From contig VGZQ01000001.1 in the NCBI GenBank assembly GCA_016872535.1, forward strand, positions 1 through 63,138: 63,138 nucleotides of DNA, given 5' to 3'. The notes below the pieces were generated by a model. It was not told where the DNA came from. It did not search any database and was given only the letters and a program-made list of their open reading frames with translations. Numbering within the stretch: position 1 is the first letter of the stretch; every line of letters begins with the position of its first letter. Made by a program: the position numbers and the translations under genes. Below, piece after piece: positions 45,462 to 53,189 of the stretch. The stretch is from Rhodospirillales bacterium. GTDB lineage: Bacteria > Pseudomonadota > Alphaproteobacteria > Rhodospirillales > 2-12-FULL-67-15.

Positions 45462-47706
45462 GCGCCGTCCGGTCGTCCGGAAGTCGCTCGCAGTCGACGA
45501 TTTCCGAGGCCCAATTGAGGTCCTTGGCCAGCGCCGCCACCTCGCCGATGACGAACAGGGTCGGCGGGCGGAACTGTTCGCGGACGACGCAATCGGGAAG
45601 ATCGGCGAGGGTGGTCAGCACCGTGCGTTGCGCTGGCGTCGTGCCTTTTTCGATCGCCGCCGCCGGCGTCGCGGGTGCCAGGCCGGCCCGGATCAACTCG
45701 CGCGAAATCAACGCGGCGTTGGTCAGGCCCATGTAAACGACCAGCGTGGTTTTGGAATCGGCCAGCGCCTTCCAGTTGAGATCGACCTCCTGGCCGTCCT
45801 GGGCATGGCCGGTGACGAAGGTGACGGCGCGCGCGAGACCCCGATGGGTGAGCGGAATGCCGGCGCGGGTCGCGCAGCCGGTCGCGGCGGATACGCCCGG
45901 CACAACCTCGAAGGCGATGCTGTTGCGGGCAAGCTCGAGCGCCTCCTCGCTGCCGCGCCCGAAGACGAAAGGATCGCCGCCCTTGAGGCGCACCACGCGC
46001 TTGCCCCCGCGCGCCAGGCGCACCAGCAACTGATTGATCTCGTCTTGCTCGACGAAGTGGGTGCGCGCGGCCTTGCCGGCGAAAATCCGGCCGGCGCCGG
46101 GACGCGCCAGCGCCAGCACTTCGGGCGAAACCAGGCGGTCGTAGACGACGATGTCCGCCTCGGCCAGAATTTCTTTCGCCCGCACCGTCAACAAGCCGGG
46201 ATCGCCCGGCCCGGCGCCGACCAGGTGCACCCGCGCGGGCGTCGCGGCGGATCCGCGCACCGCGCGCCGGATTGGCGTCGCGGTCGGCGCGGCCGCGGCG
46301 GCCGTCGTCCGGATTCGGTCCGCCCCTTGGGCCTTGCACCGGCGCACGAACGCCACGAAGCGCGCGGCCCACCGGTTCATGCCGGTGTCGCGCAAATGCG
46401 AAAACGACGCGAGCAGATTGCCCTGCACCAACCCGTCGTGACGGCCGTCGAGCCCGTGGCCGCGCAGCACCTCGTAGGCGAAGACCGTATCGGACGGCAG
46501 GGCATCGAGAGCGCCGTGGTGAAATTCGTGCGCCGGAATGTCGCGCGGCGTTTCGTCGGCGTCACCGGCCTTGGGCCAGGGACCGGCGCCGGTTTCCTTG
46601 AGCCGCACATAGCCGCGCCCCTGCGGCCTGGCGTGCAGCGTCACGTCGGCCGCGATCGCGCCGACCATGTCCCGGACGTCGCCTTTCCATTTCAGCCGCC
46701 GGCAGAGATACATCAGCCCGCCGCACTCGGCATAGGCCGGAAGCCCCGCCGCCAGCGCCGCGCGAATCTCGCCGCGCAAGGAGGCGTTCGCCTCCAACCC
46801 CGCCATGTGGGTTTCGGGAAAGCCGCCGCCGATGAACAAGCCGTCGATATCGGGCAATGCGCGGTCGCGGAGCGTGTCGAAAAAGACCAACTCGGCGCCG
46901 GCCGCCGCCAGGGCCTCCAGATCGCCCGGGTAATAAAATCCGAAGGCGGAATCGCGGGCGACGCCGATGCGCACGTCGGAAGCGCGCGTCCCGCCGATAG
47001 GCGGGCGAACAATAGACGCTTGCGGCGCCGCTTGCGCCAGCGCCAACACGCGATCGAGGTCCACCTGGCGGGCGACGGCATCGGCGATGGTGTCGACGGT
47101 GGCCTCGGTCGCGGTCCATTCGTTGCTCGGCATCAGGCCGAGATGGCGCTCGACGATCTCCAGCGCCGGATCCTGCTGCACCGCGCCCAGCACGGGAATC
47201 CCGGTGTAATGATCGATGATCGCCCTCAATTTCGCTTCGTGGCGCGATCCGCCGATCTTGTTAAGGATGACGCCGCCGATCGCGACATCGGCGTCGAACG
47301 CGCGATAGCCGAGCAGCAAGGGCGCGATCCCGCGCGTCATGCCGCGCGCGTCGATCACCAGCACCACCGGCGCGGCCAGCAGCTTCGCCAACGCCGCGTT
47401 GCTGTTGGAGCCGTCGAGGTCGAGGCCGTCGTAAAGGCCCTTGTTGCCCTCGATCAGGCCGAGAGCGGCGCCCGCCATGCGCGTCGCGAACGTGTCCTCG
47501 ATTTCCCGCGCGGACATGGTGTGGAAATCGAGGTTGTGGCAGGGCCGCCCGGCGGCGACGCCGAGCCACAGCGGGTCGATGTAGTCGGGCCCCTTTTTGA
47601 ACGGCTGCACCGCGACCCCGCGCCGGACGAAGGCGCGCGCGAGGCCGATGGCGAGCGTCGTCTTGCCGGAGGACTTGTGCGCCGCGGAGAGAAAGAGGTG
47701 CGCCAT
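45454..47706 (-). CDS. dsrN: fusion protein: DsrN/CobB-type a,c-diamide synthase (aa 1 to about 460) plus uroporphyrinogen-III C-methyltransferase CobA/SUMT (aa about 492-750)
   Basis: The N-terminus has SAAHKSSGKTT (P-loop), GNKGLYDG and the GATase Cys in YAECGGLMYL. An Ala/Thr/Pro-rich linker follows. The C-terminus has VHLVGAGPGDPGLLT, LKGGDPFVFGRG and VVPGVSA. It is one uninterrupted frame of 750 codons. Confidence 0.8.
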   Translation of the reverse strand: MAHLFLSAAHKSSGKTTLAIGLARAFVRRGVAVQPFKKGPDYIDPLWLGVAAGRPCHNLDFHTMSAREIEDTFATRMAGAALGLIEGNKGLYDGLDLDGSNSNAALAKLLAAPVVLVIDARGMTRGIAPLLLGYRAFDADVAIGGVILNKIGGSRHEAKLRAIIDHYTGIPVLGAVQQDPALEIVERHLGLMPSNEWTATEATVDTIADAVARQVDLDRVLALAQAAPQASIVRPPIGGTRASDVRIGVARDSAFGFYYPGDLEALAAAGAELVFFDTLRDRALPDIDGLFIGGGFPETHMAGLEANASLRGEIRAALAAGLPAYAECGGLMYLCRRLKWKGDVRDMVGAIAADVTLHARPQGRGYVRLKETGAGPWPKAGDADETPRDIPAHEFHHGALDALPSDTVFAYEVLRGHGLDGRHDGLVQGNLLASFSHLRDTGMNRWAARFVAFVRRCKAQGADRIRTTAAAAAPTATPIRRAVRGSAATPARVHLVGAGPGDPGLLTVRAKEILAEADIVVYDRLVSPEVLALARPGAGRIFAGKAARTHFVEQDEINQLLVRLARGGKRVVRLKGGDPFVFGRGSEEALELARNSIAFEVVPGVSAATGCATRAGIPLTHRGLARAVTFVTGHAQDGQEVDLNWKALADSKTTLVVYMGLTNAALISRELIRAGLAPATPAAAIEKGTTPAQRTVLTTLADLPDCVVREQFRPPTLFVIGEVAALAKDLNWASEIVDCERLPDDRTAHG

Positions 47707-47739
47707 GGAACGGCCCCACCGGGCTTCAGGATCCGGACC

Positions 47740-48756
47740 CTAAGCCGCCCGCGCCGACGCCCGGGGCAGGATCTCGTTCGGCCGCGCGTTCCAAAGCCGC
47801 CGGGCTTCGGCTTCGGCCGCGCGCGGCTCGGCGGCGCGCCCCATCAGGCGGAGCGCGATGGCGGCGGTACCGATCACCACCGCTTCCGCGTAGGAGTCCT
47901 TGTCCTGGCCGCGCCACAAGGCCGCGAGCCGGGATAAATCCATCGTTTCCTCGTGCGGCGCGCGCGCGAGGCCCTCGATCGCCGGCCAATCTTCGTCGAA
48001 CTTCGCGCCTTGATGGAGATGCTGCACCTCGACCGGCTTTTCCGGGCGGCGCTCGATCTCGCCGCCTTCCCCCTTGAACACGACCATGTGCGGCTGGCCG
48101 AGCCGGAGACAGACGTCGCGGTGAATTTCGCGGTAGTTGGGATGGAAGATGGACTGGATCGAATAGGGCGCATCGAACGGGTTGATCATGCGCGCGAAAG
48201 TGTTGACCGGCGAGCGCACGCCGATGATCGCCTTCAGTTCGATGATTTCCTGCAGACGCGGGCTGAACGCTTCGAGCGGCAGGTAGGCGAAGTTGCGCTC
48301 GGCGATCTGGCGCGCGGCGTCCTCAAGCGAAAAGGCGACCGGAACGCCGAGCGCGGCGAGCGTCTCGCGCGCGTAAACGCGCCCCGGCGTGTGGCCCTCG
48401 GTGCCGTGCATCAGCACGCGCACCCCCGCACCCGCGAGCAGCAGCGCCGACAGCATGAACCACGGCAACTGGCGTTTCTTGCCGGCGTAAGCCGACCAGT
48501 CGAGGTCGGCACACGCCCCTTCCGGCACGCGGATCGTTTCCTTGACCGCGCGCACGAAGCCTTCGCCTTCGCCCGCGTCCTCGGTCCGCACCCGCAGCAC
48601 GCAGAGGAACGCGCCGAGCTGCATCGGCTCGACCTCGCCCCGGAGAATCATTCGCGTCGCCTCCAGCGCCTCCTCGGCGGTCAACGGGCGGGAAAGCGTG
48701 GGCCCGCGCGCGATGGTACGCACGTACTTGGCGAAAGGGTGCTCCGTGTTGCTCAC
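47740..48756 (-). CDS. glycosyltransferase-family-3 protein (anthranilate phosphoribosyltransferase-like, TrpD2/YbiB type)
   Basis: 338 aa. An N-terminal helical domain (LTAEEALEATRMILRGEVEPMQLGAFL) and GT3 core resemble TrpD. It lies inside the dsr operon between dsrP and dsrN. Confidence 0.6.
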   Translation of the reverse strand: MSNTEHPFAKYVRTIARGPTLSRPLTAEEALEATRMILRGEVEPMQLGAFLCVLRVRTEDAGEGEGFVRAVKETIRVPEGACADLDWSAYAGKKRQLPWFMLSALLLAGAGVRVLMHGTEGHTPGRVYARETLAALGVPVAFSLEDAARQIAERNFAYLPLEAFSPRLQEIIELKAIIGVRSPVNTFARMINPFDAPYSIQSIFHPNYREIHRDVCLRLGQPHMVVFKGEGGEIERRPEKPVEVQHLHQGAKFDEDWPAIEGLARAPHEETMDLSRLAALWRGQDKDSYAEAVVIGTAAIALRLMGRAAEPRAAEAEARRLWNARPNEILPRASARAA

Positions 48757-48781
48757 GAATCCGCCTCTCTCATGTTACTTC

Positions 48782-49984
48782 TTACTTCGCCGGAACGTCG
48801 GCAAGCGATTCCGGCAGGACCGGCAGAACCTTGATCGCGATCGTCGCCAGCAGCAGCGCCAACCCGACGCCGCCGAGGCCGAGCGCGATTTCGTAGACGC
48901 TCGGGACGTAGGGGGCGATGCCGGCATCGAGCACCGATCCCGCCGCTTCCATACCCGGCACCAGAACCAACGGGTAGGCCTGGCCGCCGATGATGATCAC
49001 GTAAATCTGGGCGATTCCCCCGACCACGGCAAGGACGGCGGCGAGCCCGGCGGCGCCGCGCGACGACGCGGTCGCCGGTGCGAACACCAGCGCGATCGGC
49101 ACAAGGCAACCGATCCCGACGTGGCCGACCCAGAAGAGCCAGGTGTAGATGCCTCCTTCGGCCAGCAGGAACCGTTCGACCCCCTGCCGCTCCGCGATGT
49201 AGAGGTTGGTCAAGTGCTGGACGGCGACGAAATAGAGGGTCGCGGCGAGGAAGATGCCGAGCAGGTTCTTGAGCCGGCGCACCACCTCGTCGCCGAGCGG
49301 CCGCCCGGTCCCGGCCGAGGCCGCCATCACCACCAGCAAGAAGATCGCGTGCCCGAAAGCGAGCGACATGGCAATAAACATGGGCGCCATCACCGCCGTG
49401 TCGTAAGCCTGGCGCGCGACCAGAAACCCGAAGATCGACCCGGTGCCGGTGGTCAACACCAACCGCCAGAGAAACGCGAACGTGCCGACCGGCTTCGAGA
49501 ACCGGTTCATGCGCTTTTCCATCATCATCCAGAGATAGACGATCACCACCGCGAAGAAGCCGGTGTAGAGAAAGATGTTCCAGGCGAAGATCGATTTGAA
49601 GTTATAGACGGTCATGGCGACGATCAGCCGGTCGGGCCGGCCGAGGTCGAGCACCAGCACCGCGAGCCCGCCGGCCAGCAGCGAAACCGCGAGCACGCCG
49701 GAGAGCCGCGCGAGCGGCTTATAGAGCTCCCGGCCGAAGACCGAGGAAATGGACGCGACGTTGAGCGCGCCGGATGCGGCGACGATCAGGAACACCGCGA
49801 ACACGTGCGGCGTTCCCCACACGATCCGGTTCGACATGCCGGTGACCCAGTGGCCTTCGCTTTCCATGACGTGGGCACCGCCCAATCCGCCGAGAACGAG
49901 CAGGCCGAGCGCGCCGGCCAGCGTCAGGAACCCGCGTCCCCAACCCGGATGTTCGCGAAATTCGATGCGCGCGGCGGCGGTCAT
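48782..49984 (-). CDS. dsrP: DsrP, NrfD/PsrC-type integral membrane subunit of DsrMKJOP
   Basis: 400 aa, about 10 TM, NrfD-like. Its position after dsrO fits the canonical order. Confidence 0.85.
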   Translation of the reverse strand: MTAAARIEFREHPGWGRGFLTLAGALGLLVLGGLGGAHVMESEGHWVTGMSNRIVWGTPHVFAVFLIVAASGALNVASISSVFGRELYKPLARLSGVLAVSLLAGGLAVLVLDLGRPDRLIVAMTVYNFKSIFAWNIFLYTGFFAVVIVYLWMMMEKRMNRFSKPVGTFAFLWRLVLTTGTGSIFGFLVARQAYDTAVMAPMFIAMSLAFGHAIFLLVVMAASAGTGRPLGDEVVRRLKNLLGIFLAATLYFVAVQHLTNLYIAERQGVERFLLAEGGIYTWLFWVGHVGIGCLVPIALVFAPATASSRGAAGLAAVLAVVGGIAQIYVIIIGGQAYPLVLVPGMEAAGSVLDAGIAPYVPSVYEIALGLGGVGLALLLATIAIKVLPVLPESLADVPAK

Positions 49985-50736
49985 CCGTTCAATCCCTTGT
50001 AGAACACGCCCTGGTCGAGCCCGAGGTCGGCGCGGAGCCGCAGCGCCACGTGGCGGCCGACCGCGCGGGCGATCTCGCTATTCGGGTCGTTGAGATCGCC
50101 GAAGATCATGGCGCCGGGGCTTTTCCGCTCGGCCGCCTCGACGCAGGCCGGGCGGCGCCCGGCGTCGAGCCGATGGACGCAGAGCGTGCACGATTCGACC
50201 GTGCCCTTGCCGCGCGGCGCGTGCGGTTTCTGCCCGGTGACGTTCTCGTGCACGAAAAACCGCACGCCGAACGGGCACGCCATCATGCAATAGCGGCAAC
50301 CGATGCAGATATGCTTATCGACCAAGACAACGCCGTCGGCGCGGCGGAACGACGCCCCGGTCGGGCATACGTCGACGCAAGGCGGGTGTTCGCAATGCTG
50401 GCACATCACCGGCAGCGTTCGCACCGCCCCGGTCCGGGGATCGTTGAGCGTGACGTTGCGAACCCACTGCGGATCGGTGAGCGGCCGGCCGTGGCCGGTC
50501 CAGCCGTTTTCCGTGCGGCAGGCCTCGACCACCGTATCGGCCACTTCCGCGTACCGGGACACGTCCACCAGCAGGCCCCAGCGGGTTTTCGCGGAAACTG
50601 GCGTGCCGGGTGCGCGCGCTTCGGAAGGGGCCGGCCCGAGCAGCAGGGTCACGCCCGGCGCCAACGCGACGACCGTCGCCGCCGCGCCTTGCAACAGGGC
50701 GCGGCGCGTAAGTTCCATGGTCGCCGCGCCGGTCAT
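49981..50736 (-). CDS. dsrO: DsrO, periplasmic 4Fe-4S ferredoxin subunit
   Basis: Tat leader (ELTRRALLQGAA). Cys clusters CQHCEHPPCVDVCP, CIGCRYCMMACP and CTLC. The ATGA start overlaps the dsrJ stop. Confidence 0.85.
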   Translation of the reverse strand: MTGAATMELTRRALLQGAAATVVALAPGVTLLLGPAPSEARAPGTPVSAKTRWGLLVDVSRYAEVADTVVEACRTENGWTGHGRPLTDPQWVRNVTLNDPRTGAVRTLPVMCQHCEHPPCVDVCPTGASFRRADGVVLVDKHICIGCRYCMMACPFGVRFFVHENVTGQKPHAPRGKGTVESCTLCVHRLDAGRRPACVEAAERKSPGAMIFGDLNDPNSEIARAVGRHVALRLRADLGLDQGVFYKGLNG

Positions 50737-51158
50737 GGAGATTTTCTCGCCGGCGCGGACGCGGCCTGGGTCTCCGGCGTCGTCGCGTGGCAACCGAAGC
50801 AATCGATCGTGACCGCGGCGTAGCGGTGGCATTCGGCGCAGAATGGCCCGACCGTGCGCGCGCCACCCACGGCGGCAGCCGGTACGGCGTGGCATTCGAC
50901 GCAACCTTTAAGGCTGTGCTTGCGGCCGCGAATGCCCTTGTGCACGGTTTCGTCGCGCTCGTGATCGAGATAGACCATGTGGTTGCGGCGCATGTCGGCG
51001 ACCGGCTCGACGCATTCGGTTCCCTTCGCCGCCTTGGGCGGTTTCGGCACCGGCGTGCGCGGGGCGTCGGCGGCAAAAGCCGTCCCGACGACGGCCGCCA
51101 GAACGGCAGCCATCAGAAGTCGAACGAGCGCGCGATATCCCGCCATCGTTCCCTTCAC
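50733..51158 (-). CDS. dsrJ: DsrJ, trihaem cytochrome c
   Basis: Signal anchor plus three CxxCH sites (CVECH, CAECH, CFGCH) in 141 aa. Confidence 0.85.
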   Translation of the reverse strand: MKGTMAGYRALVRLLMAAVLAAVVGTAFAADAPRTPVPKPPKAAKGTECVEPVADMRRNHMVYLDHERDETVHKGIRGRKHSLKGCVECHAVPAAAVGGARTVGPFCAECHRYAAVTIDCFGCHATTPETQAASAPARKSP

Positions 51159-53113
51159 AACTCGCCAAGACCCATCTGGATGTAGCCGCTCGGGCAGACA
51201 TCAGCGCAGATGTGGCAGCCGATGCACTTCTTGTAGTCGGTGTCGACGTAGCGACCGATGGCGTATTGATCCTTCTTCACCCGGTCGATGGCGGTCTGTG
51301 GACAATAAATCACGCAATTGTCGCATTCGAAGCACATCCCGCAGGACATGCATCTGTCGGCTTCGGCGATCGTATCTTGCTCGGACAACCCGTTGAACCG
51401 TTCCTGGAAGTTGCCGAGCACGTTGTCGGCGTCGATCGCGACCTCGGCCCGGCGGCGGCGCGGAACGTGGCCGAAATGGCCGAGGAAGAGCTTTTCGTGC
51501 GTGATAATCTCGATGAACGAACGGTCTTCGTAATTGTGGACGGCAAAGGAAGAGCGGTCGGTACCGTGCACTTCGGTATGATCGTATTCGCCCGGTTCGA
51601 TGTGATGAGCGCGCAGTTCCTCGAGCAGGCTGAAATGGTGGACATCGACCTTGGGCCGCTTCGGCAGTTCTTCGCCGCGCAGGTAGCGGTCGATCCCCTC
51701 GGCCGCGATGCGCGCGTGGCCGATCGCGGTGGTGAGTAGATTGGGCACGATCACGTCGCCGCCGGCGAAATGCTTCCTCTGCCCGGCGAGGCGGTAGTTC
51801 CGGTCGGCGTTCATCAGGCCGCGGCCGTTGTCGAACGCCTCGAAGCCGGCGAAATCGCCGGCTTGGCCGGTGGCGCCGACGATCAGGGTGCAGTCGATCT
51901 CGAACTCCTCGCCGGCGCGGAGCTTCATCTTGCCCGCCTCCCAGTCGACCGGCGAGACCTTGAGCGCCCGCGCCCGGCCTTCGGAATCGCGGGTTACCTC
52001 CACCGGGACGAGGCTTTCGCGGATTTGCACGCCCTCGGCAAGCACGGCGGCGAGTTCGTGCTTGCTCGCCGGTGCCTGGCTGATCGGCCGGCGGTAGATA
52101 ATCCACACTTCGGCGCCCTGGCGGCGCGCCGCGGTGGCTACATCGTGGGCGGTCTGGCCGAGGATCACATTCTCCGGCCTGTCGTGCGGATGGATGCTGT
52201 GGATATGGCCGATCCGGCGCGCGACCGCGGCCACGTCCATCGCGGTGTCGCCGGCGCCGATCACCAGCACCCGCCCGGAAAGATGCTGCAGGCGGCCTTC
52301 GTTGAAGGCGCGCAAGAACGAGATGCCGTCGACGCAGTTGGGCGCCTCCGCGCCCGGAATCGCGATCGGCTTGCCGGTTTGCGCGCCGATCGCCCAGAAC
52401 ACGGCGTCGAAACCGCGTTCCAGTTGTTCGACCGAGACGTCCTTGCCGACCCGCACGCCTATCTTTACCTCGACGCCCAGATCGACGATGCGCTTGATCT
52501 CGCCGTCGAGCACGTCCTTGGGCGTGCGATAGCCGGGAATGCCGAACCGCATCATGCCGCCGAGCGACGAATAGGATTCGAAGATCGTGCACCCGTGCCC
52601 GAGCCGGCGGAGGAAATAGGCGGCCGCAAGCCCGGCCGGCCCGCCGCCGATGATGGCGACGCGCTTGCCGCTTTCCCGCTCCGGCCCGGCAAAGCCGAGC
52701 TTGTGGGCGAGCGCCCAGTCGCCGACGTACTGCTCGACGGCGTTGATGCCGACTTGCTCCTCGAGCTCGTTACGGTTGCAACCGGCCTCGCACGGGGCGG
52801 GGCAGACCCGGCCCATCACCGCTGGAAGGGGATTGGCTTCGACCATCCGGCGGAAGGCGTATTCCTGCCAGGGCGTTCCCTTGTCGAGCGGTTTGTCCAG
52901 CCCGCGCGCAATCTGGAGCCAGCCGCGGATGTCGTGCCCGGAAGGGCAACTGCCTTGGCACGGCGGCGCGCGGTGCACATAGATCGGACATTTGTGCGAC
53001 CAGCCCGCCTGGAACACGTTCTCCTGAAGGTCGCTCCAGGCGCTTTCGCCTTCCTTGTACCGGAAGTAGCTGGGGGGCCGGCCGGGCTTGGACGTGTAGG
53101 TCGGGGACGTCAT
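51155..53113 (-). CDS. dsrL: DsrL paralogue 1 (GltD-like NAD(P)H:acceptor oxidoreductase with a C-terminal 2x[4Fe-4S] ferredoxin domain)
   Basis: 652 aa. N-terminal CQGSCPSGH/CPAPCE clusters, GGGPAGLAAA and GAGDTAMD dinucleotide folds, and C-terminal CMSCGMCFECDNC...CIGCHICADVCP. Confidence 0.85.
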   Translation of the reverse strand: MTSPTYTSKPGRPPSYFRYKEGESAWSDLQENVFQAGWSHKCPIYVHRAPPCQGSCPSGHDIRGWLQIARGLDKPLDKGTPWQEYAFRRMVEANPLPAVMGRVCPAPCEAGCNRNELEEQVGINAVEQYVGDWALAHKLGFAGPERESGKRVAIIGGGPAGLAAAYFLRRLGHGCTIFESYSSLGGMMRFGIPGYRTPKDVLDGEIKRIVDLGVEVKIGVRVGKDVSVEQLERGFDAVFWAIGAQTGKPIAIPGAEAPNCVDGISFLRAFNEGRLQHLSGRVLVIGAGDTAMDVAAVARRIGHIHSIHPHDRPENVILGQTAHDVATAARRQGAEVWIIYRRPISQAPASKHELAAVLAEGVQIRESLVPVEVTRDSEGRARALKVSPVDWEAGKMKLRAGEEFEIDCTLIVGATGQAGDFAGFEAFDNGRGLMNADRNYRLAGQRKHFAGGDVIVPNLLTTAIGHARIAAEGIDRYLRGEELPKRPKVDVHHFSLLEELRAHHIEPGEYDHTEVHGTDRSSFAVHNYEDRSFIEIITHEKLFLGHFGHVPRRRRAEVAIDADNVLGNFQERFNGLSEQDTIAEADRCMSCGMCFECDNCVIYCPQTAIDRVKKDQYAIGRYVDTDYKKCIGCHICADVCPSGYIQMGLGEL

Positions 53114-53189
53114 GGCGCTCTCCCTGCGTCGAAGGTCATCCCGCGAGGATAATGCCGCATGCGCCTGAAGTCATCCGTTCCTTCCCCGG

